DNA from: Syncephalis fuscata S228
Taxonomy: Eukaryota; Fungi; Zoopagomycota
Reading direction: 5' to 3'
Assembly: GCA_025786725.1 (NCBI GenBank)
Contig: JAHLTZ010000022.1
Coordinates: 62,001 to 126,000 of the forward strand
DNA length: 64,000 bases
In this document: positions 26,177 to 39,171 of the stretch, piece after piece
Position numbering within the stretch: the stretch's first letter is position 1
Layout of the letters: every line of letters starts with the position of its first letter
Notes under the pieces: model-generated
What the model saw: only the letters and a program-made list of their open reading frames with translations
What the model was told of the DNA's origin: nothing
Database searches by the model: none
Translations under genes and position numbers: made by a program

Positions 26177-27954
26177 ATGCTTAGTTTGTTAAAGCGTCGA
26201 ACAGACGAGCAGGAATCGACTTCGAATACATCTCAACCATTTGAATTGCATATTTCTGCGTTAGAACACCACGAGTCGCTTGTCTCGGTGACAGCCGCCA
26301 CGATGCATAATACATTAAGCAATCAAGCGAAGGAGGAGACTGAGAAAGTTTTGACGGCAGCATTTGCCGCTACACTCTCCGTATCGGCCGATGGCTCTAG
26401 TGTACCCCTGCTTAGCTCGTCTCCATCAACGTTATCATTTACGTCGGCTGCTCAAGATGATGACGCTCATGATGCAAACACTTGTTCAACCGTACCATCA
26501 CTATCTATTCCCTTCAGTGACGCTAGCGATAATAAAGCCTCAGTATATCGATCATCAAGCACAAGCTCGATGCCGCTATTTACGAAAAAGCCTATTTTAA
26601 TCTACAAAGAAGCCAACGGATTTCTTGAAGCATACTCTAATGTCGAGGAGACACCGCGTAAAAAAGACACGGCTGCTTCAAGCGCGAATAAGAAGGAAGG
26701 CTGTAATGATGCGGATGTATCCGACAATGCATCACAAGATGAATCCGATATTAATACAGATATTTCTAACGATGACGTTATTATGTGCTCACGTCCATCG
26801 TTTGCATCAGTGCCATCACTACGGCCGAGACGAGGCTCTTCGTTGGATTCGTTGACATATACTAGTTCTGCAGCAGCTACCGCAATGGAAGTAAGCATGA
26901 CATTGGCAGAAAACGAACAGTGACCACGGTGGCCAGCCCAAAACTATTATTCAAAAAAACCAGCGGTGAAACTGAAGAAAAGCCCAAAAAGAAAAAGAAT
27001 ATTTTGGCACCTGTTTTATCAATTCGAGCCAGCACTTGGCCAGCTCTTTCTGAGCCGCATAGCCGACGTAATATTGCGATTGGCGATTTACACGGTGATC
27101 TGGTCAATTCAAAGGCTGTGCTTAAAATGGCCGGTTTGGTTAATGATGAGGGCCGATGGATTGGCGGACGTGATCGAATGATCCAATTGGTAAGTTATTA
27201 TATAATACATTTGCATTAAATGAAACAAAATACTAATATTACTTTTTATTAGGGAGATGTTGCTGATCGTGGTCCAGATACACTTGCGCTATTCCGCTAT
27301 CTTTATCAATTACGTAAAGAAGCAGCAGCAGCGGGCGGAGAAGTTGTGCTTATTATGGGTAACCACGAATTAATGACGCTTATGCATAAGAAGCATCGCT
27401 TGCAACTGCCGTTCATGCGTGACCCATTTAATGAACATGGCGAAATTGGTCGTTGGCTTAAACATCTACCGATTATGCAAGTGATTGACGGTACTGTCTA
27501 CGCCCATGGCGGCGTTAGTCCATACTGGGCCAAGCTTGGATGTGAACGCACCAATCTACAGGCTCAACGTTCGATGAAAAACTATATGCATAGTGGCGAT
27601 TTACTTGCGGCCAAACTACACTATCCAGTATTTGGCGACAACGGACCAGCATGGTATCGACGCTATGCTTACGATAAGGATGAGCAAGCAGTTAGTGAAT
27701 TGTTAGACGAGGCACTTCAATCATTAGGCGCACGGCGTATGGTGGCTGCACACTCACCTACTCGTTCACCTAAAATGCATGTTCGCTGCAATGGAAAATT
27801 CATAGATATTGACACTAAAATCTCGCGATTCTTCAAATGGCCTGATGGCACACCTGATGGCAATCATTTGTCGGCCTTGGAAATTATTGGCGATCAAGTA
27901 ACCGCGATCTATCCATCTGGCCGTGAACTCATCAGTGATGGCAGTACCGATTAA
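26177..27954 (+). CDS. Shewanella-like PPP metallophosphatase (calcineurin-like fold) with a long Ser-rich N-terminus
   Basis: IAIGDLHGD; QL/GDVADRGPD (across the intron at about 27190-27252); GNHE; AHGG; GPAWYRRY; IDTKIS. The N-terminal ORF joins through an apparent frameshift near 26920. Confidence 0.8.
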
Positions 27955-30166
27955 GTTTGTTCATTTAACACTATCTCTTGATTTTTATATTTCTCTCCCC
28001 TTAACCTGTAATGTCTATTTACAACCGCCGCAGCCACGTCCATAACAATAACATTTGGCATAATTCTTTTTGTGCTTTTTCATCGCGTGCACTATAAATT
28101 AACTGTCATTGCTATACTTTGCATTTCATCTATATATTACGCGTAAATCAAAATAAAACTTATCCCCTCATTAAATTGTGATTATATTAAGAAATAGCCA
28201 TAGTAATGACATATAAAACAATGATACGAACAAATACGATGATTAAATAAAAATAACTTTATAAAAACTAATATATTGTACGCTTATTAATGATAATTTT
28301 TTAGAGTTATTATATTTTAATACCATTACCGGATATTTAAGTTAATGCTGATATTGCACACTTGATTCGATACTTTTTATTTCTATTGTCTATTGAATTG
28401 TTGCAATACCAATGCTAAAATATTTAATCAATGATTAAGTAACCGAGAGAGAGTAGATAAAGTAAGTGGATTACTAACGTATAGTTATTAATTCAATAAA
28501 ATATAAAGATTAATATTAGCAACACTCTTGTTCCAAATATACCTATAATCAGTAGTTCAGCGTCTTAACTGTATAATTTTAATAATTCAAACTATAATAA
28601 ATTGAAATAAAAAAAAATCAAGTCCTTTATTATTATTTGGCCCTACTAAGTACGTATACGAAGGATACAACTTTAATAAAAGCTATATCAAAATTAATGA
28701 TAGGAGAGTGTGTATTAGTACAAAAAATTGTTGAAACGTAAATTAAAACTCCATCGATTTACAAATATTAAGTAATTATAACAACATTACAGTATGATTA
28801 TAATAGCTTAATAGCTGATAATTAATCACAATTTACTAATGCATATTTTATTCCATAAACCCACTGTCAATTATTCGATAAGTGCTAGAATAATAAACAG
28901 GTTGTAATATAGCCATTTTGTTTATCGTAAAAACAGCACTGTTTAATCAATAAAATTAGACTGGCTTATTTAGAGCGTTTTAAATATCAGATTTAACAAT
29001 TAAATAGCTTCTAATTACATGGAATTAATGTATTTTGAGCAACTCAATTATTGGTTGGTGTATCAAAAGAGTGAAAATATGCAAAATAAAGCCGTCAACA
29101 TGGTATTTATCATTGATAAACTAAAACAATCTACCTGTAACATTCATTCTTAAATGGTGCAGTAGTTGCTTCAATGTTCTAATTTAAAAAAGTCATGGAA
29201 CATGGCTAAAGAAGCTTAAAAAGGTGCTGTGACGGATCATTTAAACCACTTGATTTGTATTAAATCTTATGATATTTTATTAACTAAATAAAAATAACCT
29301 TTTGCCAATATTAAGCACACTATTGGTTGTTTAATGTGATTTGGCGATTAAATAGCTATAATAGCCACACATTTAAACTAAATATTCGTGTTATTGAAGA
29401 TAAACTTGAGTGGTGAGTGTCATTGGCTATTAAATTTTTATTTATCGTTATTATTGGACTGTACATATCTATCATGTATACAGATACTTGTGCCCATCTA
29501 TATCATTGATATTGTAAATTGTAAAAACTATATTAACAAAACTTAAAAGTTTACTGCTAGCTGTATTTTTAATAGATTTTGATTTATTTCGTTCATTACT
29601 CTTGGCCAATTGCATACAGTATAGTCTCACTATCACTATTTATGTATTTGATTTGCTTATTTATTTTGTTTAATAATATTCTATGCTTTGTTGTCATGTT
29701 TTATTAGAAAAGCGTCTTTATTCTAATTTCAGAATACTATTATTTGGCTATATGATAATAATAGCTTTGCTACTGTCCATACCAATCTATGCCTATTAGC
29801 TTAGACGATACGATTATAGACATTTTGTTCATTTAACTATTTGATTAATAGTTGTCAATATTGGATGCAAATAGAACGTGATTATAGATATAGCAATTTG
29901 ATTGTATATAGTTAAGATGAAACCATAAGTTTATTACTATAAGTCTGCACAGTTGAGTAGAGACAACTGATTGCAAGCTTGTTGATAAAATAATGATCCC
30001 ATTGATTAAAGACTGGATAAACCGGAGCATTGGCCAAAACTTGATATATAAATAGACTGGACGGCGTAGTTGTCAAATGGTCTTGCTTTTCACCGAATAT
30101 ATACCTAAATTGTATTGGAATAGTGGTTCAATTGCACTACCAATGCTGATGTCTTGAAACCATCGA

Positions 30167-33100
30167 CTATGCTGTATTTACAAATAAATATATTACATGA
30201 CATATAATTAATATATAAGCCATTAAGGTACAATGCTACTTACAGCCTATTAATAGTAAACAATTGATACAATCAGTAAATAGCATGCAATTAGCACATA
30301 GTCAATTAATATACTATATAACTTACATACGCCTAATTTTGATTTGTTGATGGATACAGTACATAGTATATAATTAGTGCATAGTCAGCTAACATATAAT
30401 ATTACTTACTTTCTATTATATTAAGTTATTGATATACACAACACATGGTATAGAGTTAGTGCATATTCAGTTAATACACAATACAACTTACTGCCTATTA
30501 TATTAAATTATTGATACACACAGTAAATAGCATGTAATTAGTGGGGTAACCAATTAACATATCACAACTTACATTCTATAATTTTTGACGCATACAGTAC
30601 ATAGTATAACATTAGTGTATATCCGATTAATATAAAATGCAACTTACTGCCTATTCATATCAAATAATTAATATTATCATTAAATAGCATGGTTAATGTA
30701 TAACCAGTTAATATATAATATAACTTACCATCTATTAATATTAAAAATTGGTAAATAAGTAAATAGCATGGTTAATGTATAATTAATTAGTACACAATAC
30801 AACTTACATCCTATTAATATTAAATAATCGACGTAATCAGCAAATATTATAGTTAATATATAGTTAATTAATACACAATACTACTTACTGCCTATTGATA
30901 TTAAACAATTAGTACAATCAATAAATAGCGTAATTAATATATATTCAGTTAATATGCAATACTACTTACAAGCTATTAATATTAAACAATTGGTACAATC
31001 AATAAATAGTATAGTTAATGTATAGTTAACTAATACACAATAGCACTTACTGCCTATTAATAGCAAACAATTGGCACAATCAGTAAATATCATGTGATTA
31101 GTGTATAGTTAATTAATATATAATGCCACTTACTCCCTATTATATTAAGTTGTTGGCGCATATAATACATCGTACACAATTGGTAAATAGTCCATTAATA
31201 TATAACACAACTTAGACAGAGAAGTGGTAAGACAGAGTTGCAGTGGACACGCGCACATGTAGGTACAAGAGGGAACGAGCTGGCGGACAAGGAAGCGAAA
31301 AAGGCGGCAGCTACTACAATAATAGCAGTACCAAGATGGACGCTGAACACGTCACCAGCTCCAGTACATCAGCACAACATGCTCATGTCAAAATTAAACA
31401 CACTACTGGAGCCACGTAGTGCAGTTAAACGACAAAGTAAGGTAAGGCAAGAAAGAGCATTAAAAGAACTAATAGGAAGACAACACCCGGAGTTAGCACA
31501 AACACTACTTACCAGTACAAAAGTGGAGCTAACTATAAGAGAGGGGGTGAGACCGGAAAAAGACACGAGTAAGGAAGAGTATCAAATAGAGATGAAAGAA
31601 GAGAGTTTGCGCTAAAAATGGCAGCCGGTATACTGCCAACTCTAGAAAGGCAAAATAAGTGGTGTAAGGAGAGGTATAGAACTAATATGTGCTGCAGATG
31701 TAGTAGTGGAGAAGTAGAGACGTGGCGACATATAGTGAAGTGTGAAGGAAACGGACTAGATAGGGAAAAAGAAGCAAGAGATAAAATTAAAGACATGACA
31801 AGAAGAAAGGTGGAGTGGATAAATGAAAGAAGATCGAGAAAAGACCCGCCAATGAGACTGTTAAATGTGGGGGAGGTGGCTGAATCTATTGTCCCAGATC
31901 AGCCAATCAGCAACACCGGATTTCTATTAGGATTGGTGAGCCCACAAACACTATACAGTATGAAAAGAGAGGGGGTACGCGAAGAAGAAAGAAGAGAACT
32001 AATAAAAACAGCAACAAAGACGGCATTGGACTTTGTATGGAAAAAGATATGGAAGACAAGATGCAAGCAAGTGGACGAAGCAATAGGAAGATGGAAAACA
32101 GTACGTACCGACACACAAATAGCAGGTCAACCAGAACCACAAGAAGGTCCGGCAACAAACGCCGAAGGCCAGAGAGGCCTGAGGCAAATTTATACCTGGG
32201 ACCACATCAATAAAATGGCGTTCGACGTCGAACGCCACCTAAAGATGGTGGCCCCCGCGTGGAGTCTATAGGACCCGGCTCTATGCAAAAACGTGGCGGT
32301 CCACTCGGTATCAACAATGCTACATTGTTTAATATTTTAAAAGCTTTATTATAATTAACGCGATAACAGCATGACACTGAGAAGCAGCACAAATTCTTTA
32401 ATTATGCGCAGCGGGGGCCCACAAGCTCTTCAAAATAAAAATAAATAATATATAACACAACTTACAAACTATTAATATTAAATAATTAATATTATCATTA
32501 AATAGCATAGTTAATGTATAGTCGGTTAATATACAATATCGCTTACTGCCTATTAATATTAAATGAGCAATGTCATCAATAAATAGTATGATTAATGTAT
32601 AATCAGTTAATATACAATACCACTTACTCGCTATTAGTATTAAGTGATTGGCGCAATTAGTAAATAACAGTTAATATATAGGCAGTTAATATACAATACA
32701 ACTTACGATCTATTAATATCAAATAATTGGTACAATCAGTAAATAGCATAGTTAATATATAGGCAGTTAATATACAATACCACTTACCCTCTATTAATAT
32801 TAAATAATTGGCACAATCAGTAAATAGCAGTTAATGTATAGTTAATTAATCTACAATACCACTTACTCGCTATTAATATTAAACAATTAATACCGTCAGT
32901 AAATAACATTATTAACATATAGTCAGTTAATATACAATATTACTTACAAGCTTTTAATATTAAACAATTGGTACAATCAATAAATAGTATAGTTAATGTA
33001 TAGTTAACTAATACACAATATCACTTACCCTCTATTAATATTAAATAATTGGTGCAATCAGTAAATAGTATAGTTAATATATAGTCAGTTAATATACGAT

Positions 33101-34100
33101 ACAACTTACGACCTATTAATATTAATCATCAGTACAATGAGTAAATAGCATAGTTAATATATATTCAGTTAATATGCAATACTACTTACAAGCTATTAAT
33201 ATTAAACAATTGGTACAGTTAGTAAATAGCACGTGATTAGTGAGTAATCAGTTAGTATACAATACTACTTACGTCCTATCAATATTAAATAATTGGCACA
33301 ATCAGTAAATATTATAGTTAATACATAGTTAATTAATATACAGTGTTACTTGCCCACTATTCCATCAAGTTATTGATACACATGGTGCATGACACACAAT
33401 TAATTTATAAGTCAGTTGATATATAATGCTACTTACTGCCTATTAATATCAAGTTATTGATACACACAATACATAATATACAATAAGTCATGCTCAATTA
33501 ATATACAATATAAATTACATGCTATTAATATTAAGTTATTGGTATACGCGGTGCATGGTATAAAATTAGTTTATATTTAATTAATATGAAGTGCTACTTA
33601 CCAACTATTCCATCAAGTTATTAATACACATAATACGTGGTATAATTAATGTATAATCTATTAGTATACAATACCACTTACAGCCTATTAATATTAAGTC
33701 ATTAATGCACATGATGCATAGCATGTGATTAGTGAGTAATCAATTGATATACAATATAACTTACATTTTTCTAATATTAAGTTGTTAATAGATACAGTAC
33801 ATAACACATAGTTAATGCATGTTCTGTTGACATGTAATGCAACCTACCATCTATTAATAGTTATTTTTTGATGCACGCAATGCATAGTATATAATTAGTG
33901 AGCAATTAGTTAACATACAATATAACTTACGATCTATTATAATTATTAGTTAGAAATGCTGTTAATAAACAAATGCTGTTATATTTATTATTATTGTAAC
34001 ATACCAACACGACGAACTAAGGCTGGTTTAGCATCCACCATGGTTGTAACGGCCACAAGCGCAACGACAATGGTGCAAACGACGGCAATGGAAACTTCAT
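30167..34100 (-). CDS. Micro-exon gene 2: ~66-aa secreted six-Cys peptide MK(F/L)SIAVVCTIVVALVAVTTMVDAKPALVRRVDHEKCFACMGPCQASKDPSIWSTCRYGKCKSVCS (exon 1 is 1 nt short as assembled)
   Basis: Exon 1 is 34100-34005. The 31 micro-exons (left coordinate) are ATC 33931, ATG 33848, AAAAAT 33765, GCT 33682, TTG 33602, CAT 33519, GCA 33437, TGG 33354 (GC donor), GAC 33273, CTT 33190, GTC 33110, AGG 33029, CTT 32948, CGA 32867, AGG 32788, ATC 32707, CGA 32628, GCA 32547, TTT 32466, GGA 31134, GCA 31051, CTT 30970, GCA 30889, GAT 30808, ATG 30729, GCA 30648, AAT 30573, GCA 30492, AAA 30410, GCGTAT 30327 and GCT 30244. Last exon CA TAG at 30171-30167. Confidence 0.8.
30172..34004 (-). repeat. Tandem ~81 bp intron/micro-exon repeat array (32 introns), interrupted by a LINE
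   Basis: CTTAC-NNN-CTA recurs on the + strand every ~75-83 bp. Confidence 0.92.
31215..32445 (+). mobile_element. 5'-truncated non-LTR retrotransposon (RNase H C-terminus + CCHC zinc finger), 19-bp TSD
   Basis: WTRAHVGTRGNELADKEAK (RNase H); CCRCSSGEVETWRHIVKC; A-rich tail CAAAATAAAAATAAA; TSD TAATATATAACACAACTTA at 31196-31214 and 32446-32464; higher GC than the flanks. Confidence 0.9.
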
Positions 34101-35932
34101 GGTGATATTGATTTGTTAAGACAAACAAATAAAAGAGATAGTAAAGTGTGGTTGGTGTAGAGTGGAGAGTAGTGTGTGTTTAGCAGAGAGTAGAGTGTGA
34201 CGATAATATCGCAGTTGGTTGTGTGTATTTTGTGGACTATTTATACTTATGATTATGCTGAAATGCTAGTATGCTGTAGTATACGAGATATATCATTGAT
34301 GTGTAGTATGAACCAATAAAGCAATTCGAATAATGGTTTGAGGCGCACGTGTACCAATAAATTCATGGCGTGACATCATGGCTCCCAGCCTTGGGTTTAA
34401 TCTGGTCGGTCTTGATTTAACCTGCCCGGCCTTTACTTCAATCTGTCAGTTATTCGCACGAATGATGTAACAATGTTCATAATCCAGTAAATATGCGATA
34501 AACATGACATATCCTGTTTTTTGTTACACGGTTAACTATTTGATAAAACAAGTCTATTATTTGGTTTGTAAAACACAATGATGTCTTTGTTGCCATTTCT
34601 ACCAATTCAGTCCTCAATATCTGCATGCATACAAAATAACACACAATACTGATGCAAAAACAAGCTTAATGTATCAAACTGGTATTTTTACAGGTTTTTA
34701 CTGCCATGCATAAGCCAATTATAATTCCTTAAATTATAAAGTGTGTTGATTGGTACATGCATGGTTTCATTCGAAACTATGCCATTGTTATGGGGCAATC
34801 ACTGCTTTGAAATCACAAATACATCACATTCAGGCATATGATGCTACATGTTGTGCAACTACCATCATTCAAATGGCGGCTAATCCAAATCACCTGAAAT
34901 CGACTATACAATAAGTACTGTTTGTAGCATGATGCATCACAGCCTTTTGAGCAATGGAACATTCCAACATGTCATTTTCGTCATCATTTTCAGCTGTAAA
35001 CTAGATTGCATCAGATAAATTACACGCAATACAATATGAAGACACTAAACTAAATACAACAAAAAACTCTAGCCAAATATCAGCAATTTCAAGTGCATAG
35101 TGGCTGTGGATTGTACATCAGCCGATAATCATCTAAGGCCTAAGCGCTGTTTACATTTCTGAAACCAATTCTGACAAGTTAAGCAAGATAGAATATAGAA
35201 AAACAAGCCAAAGCAGAAACCAATGGAAAATAGTTGGCAGTTTAAAGGCTTACTGGTTTAATGATAGCAAATCATTATAACTATGCTAAACTAGACTGCA
35301 TTTATCAAGAAGTTGGCTGTTGCTAATGCGACCAGGACAGCAGCAACGCTAAACCAAGATAACGCACAGAGAACAGGAGATGTAAATAAAACTAAACCAA
35401 TGAGTTTTAGTAATTAAATAGCTTATTATTGTCGCTATAATTTATAATTCTGGTTGTTTCCACAAATAAATATTTACAATTACATTGTAACTTCCTACAT
35501 ACTTACACTACATGACCATCAACTAAGCCAACTATTATAAGGCTTAATATAATTATTTATCAGAGTAAGCAGCTAATATTATACATTATTGCGATAATAG
35601 AAAAAATATATTATTTTTATTTATTAACCATTAATAAAAGCTGTATAGCTATATGTTAAAATAAAATAAAACATTGGATTGAGCGCGTAATATCTATATG
35701 ATCAAATTATTTTTAGTTTTTGCATCGCAACGCAACAATTTTAATATTTTAATTACATCTAATTACAAAAATAAATATTGGCAATTTGTTTATTAGCAAT
35801 TAATTATTAAATACGTAATTTAAAATTAATTTACTTTTTAATCAACAACCATTGGTGACATATTATTTTACTATTTAATGCTCGACCCAGTGGTACTATT
35901 AAACATTAACTACTTCCAATTATTTGATAACA

Positions 35933-36870
35933 ATGAAGCTCCACGATAGTTTTAAGCTAAACACTGGGCATACCATCCCTGCCGTTGGACTGGGCACTTG
36001 GCAAGCGGAACCGGGATTGGTAGAAGCAGCCGTAGCGCACGCCATTCAAATTGGCTATCGTCATATAGACTGTGCAGCAATCTACGGACAAGAGCAAGAA
36101 GTTGGCAAAGGAATAAAAAAAGGCGGTGTGCCACGAGAACAGTTGTTTATTACTTCAAAGTTGTGGAATACACGACATGATCCAAAAGATGTTGCAGGCG
36201 CGTTTGAAAAGACGCTAAAAGATCTTGACCTAGACTATCTTGACCTCTACCTTATGCATACGCCGGTAGCCTTTAAATCCCATCTCAACGTGGCATTCGA
36301 AAATGTTACCATGGACATGGTTGACAATATCGATTTCTGTGATACTTGGAAAGCTATGGGAGTAGGTACTTTTTAATAGCTATTATACAAATATTTATAT
36401 TTATTTACTAGGAACTACTGGCTACTGGAAAAGTTCGATCAATTGGTGTATCCAATTTTAACATCACCAATATGGAGCGACTTCTTTCCAATACAAAAAA
36501 CGTTCCTGCTGTCAATCAAATAGAGCTGCATCCGTATCTACCGCAAGACGAGTTGGTTAAATTTTGTCAAAGCAAAAATATCCATGTTACTGCGTACAGT
36601 CCACTTGGGTCTGCAGGTGCACCACTACAGTCCGAGCCGATCATTAACGAAGTAGCCAAAAAGCATCAATGTACCCCAGCCCAAGTGCTTATCAACTGGG
36701 CAGTGGCACGCAATACGTCAGTCATCCCGAAATCCGTTGACTCGGCTCGCATCGAATCAAACTTTGCTGAAAACCCGTTGAATCAAAATGATATCGACAA
36801 AATAGCGCAAATTACAAAGCGTGAACGCTACTGCAAATTCTTACCTTGGGGAAAGACCATTTTCGACTAG
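35933..36870 (+). CDS. Aldo-keto reductase
   Basis: [58 protein letters not shown]; one intron. Confidence 0.93.
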
Positions 36871-37172
36871 ATTAGTTTGTAAATAAACATTTACTACGTT
36901 TTTTAATCGTACATTAAATAATGCAGTATAAATCTGCACTAGTCTTTATTCAGATTTGACTGCTCTCCTTTCGCTGGCATAAAAAAGAATTGCTGAGTGG
37001 TTTTTTGAATTTTGTATCACATGTTGCCATTTGACTCCTTCATGTTTACATGACCAATACAAAGACTGGCTGTTATTATTACTATTATTATTAGGTCAAC
37101 TGTTCTTTATTGTTTTATTCTACGATAGTCTAGTCTCCTCTTGCGGCCACTTGCCTCGATACTAGCAATAGT

Positions 37173-39109
37173 ATGGGCAATACGCAGGCATTGCCGTCGG
37201 GATCGGCCTTTGATTCTTCTAGGCTATCTGTATCCAATCCACAAACTTCATCGTCTAATCCTACCGAAAAACGCTCTGCACGCTTAGCAGAGCAGGCGAA
37301 TCGACGTGCCACTATGGCATTTGAGACGCCAAGTGTACTTCGGGTAGACAGTGCTTCGATGATTACGTCAATTGCGTCTACACCAGCCACGGGTAGATCA
37401 CGTCGTGTATCAATAGAGCCGATAGAACACCCTGGATATCAACGACATGCGGCCACGTCACCCTCTTCACCATCAACACCGGCCCGACAGCTTGCTATTG
37501 TTGGTGGCACACGACGCGATACCAACCAGCAAAGGTTGACTTCGACAGGTAATAATATAAGGAGTGATAATAACGAAAGCGAAGCAACAACGCTACTGAC
37601 CTCTAAGCCTATGCCGATTCGTCAGCGTCGGGACGGGCCAACCGGTGCCGATTCATTAAATTCAAACAGATTTTGTGATATGCCAGAACGACGAGGACGG
37701 CAAGTACTGGGTACATCGCTATCAGCTTACCCGTTTGTCGGATCACCGTTATCGTATAGTGAATTAAGTAGCGTTGATAGATCGGTAACAAGTTTAACGG
37801 CACTGGCACAACCTGTTAAGTTTCCATCCCTTGAAGAGACTGAGGCCCAGCATTTAAGACCAGGCCAACGTGGCCGCTCTTCAACCAGTCCCAGTGTTAT
37901 GCGAGCACATCGAACGGAAACGGTCACAATGATGGCCAATTCAGCTATTGCACCAATTAAAATAGTCACCGACGACAATGTGGGCAATACAAACGATAAA
38001 GATAATCAAGAACCGGAGATATTTAAAGCTACACCTGAAGATACACTACAGCTACCAGGCAATAGTGTTATAAATACTCGTCCTATGGATATTCCAGGTC
38101 AACCACGCTCTACATCTGGCCATCTTGCTTTATCAACAAGTGCACAAGACTCACAGGCAGGCAGTTGTGAAGCAGAAATGCCATGTAAGTAATTTATATT
38201 TATCTGTACTTACTACTTATACTATTGTACCTATATAGCAAACGAGCAACTTGTATCAACCATTATTACATGGAATGGAGGCGGCAATGTAGTTTACGTC
38301 ACAGGTACTTTTAATCGTTGGCGACGTAAAATCAAAATGCTTAAAAGGTAATTTATATTAAAGATAACAGTATTTATTAATTAAATCTGTAATACCATAG
38401 CTCGCCCAGTGATGAAGACTTTACAACGGTGCTTCATTTGCCAGTGGGCACACATCAACTAAAGTTTATTGTAGATGATGAGTGGCGATGTAGCGAAGAT
38501 TTAGCAACAGCTCCAGATATCAATGGCAATCTTGTAAATTACGTATCAGTGGATCCAGACATGTTGACAGAAAACATGGGATCGCTGCCGGATGCATCTG
38601 AGGGTGGTGCACGTAAGTATAAGCAGTTCAAATAATTGATACAGTTTATTAATATAAATCAACACTAGATGTATCGTTTCCTTCTTCACCAGAAGGCTCT
38701 TACACCAGCCATCGACCGGCCTATCTTGATCTTGCTTTACAGCCACATCCCATCACATTACCAAATGAGGCCACTGATACAACCATTACGTCAACAGATG
38801 CATCTTCAATAGCTACAGAAGCAGCAGCTGTTCGGCGTATGCAGCCACCTACACTGCCACCTCACTTGGAACATGTGCTTTTAAATACGGTTACCGTCTC
38901 ACGCGACGATGAAAGTGCCCTACCAACACCACAACACGTCGAACTTAACCATTTGTATGCATGCTCTATTCGAGATGGTGTTATGGCTATGGCTACCACT
39001 AAACGGTATCGGGAAAAGGTAAATAATGGTGTTATAATAATTAATATATTAATAATAGTAATTAATTTAGTACATTACGACTGTTTATTACAAGCCTGTC
39101 TTCCACTAG
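37173..39109 (+). CDS. SNF1/AMPK beta subunit (Gal83/Sip2-like)
   Basis: MGN myristoylation start; CBM48 (ITWNGGGNVVYVTGTFNRW, LKFIVDDEW, NLVNY); ASC domain (PPTLPPHL, HVELNHLYACSIRDGV, RYREK/YITTVYYKP). Confidence 0.92.
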
Positions 39110-39171
39110 TTGACTAATTAACTAGCCACAATTATTTGTTTTTATTAAAATGTGCAACAATAAATCTATGT

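Larger units (their letters stand above)
29022..35583 (-). repeat. Segmental duplication copy B (inverted relative to copy A)
   Basis: 29022-30230 matches revcomp of 18255-19455; 34005-35583 matches revcomp of 15857-17463. Confidence 0.93.

Noticed and set aside
30244-33933. Reading the micro-exon triplets as whole codons (phase 0: IMKNALHAWDLV...)
   Set aside because: The signal-peptide frame leaves one base before the first donor, and the terminal exon CA-TAG needs phase 1 in both paralogs. The as-assembled frame from ATG 34100 hits a TAG stop inside exon 1.
30172-34004. CRISPR array or plain minisatellite interpretation of the ~81-bp repeats
   Set aside because: Eukaryotic context with no cas genes. 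The variable parts are only 3 or 6 nt, are always bounded by AG/GT splice signals, and translate coherently, so a micro-exon gene explains them better.
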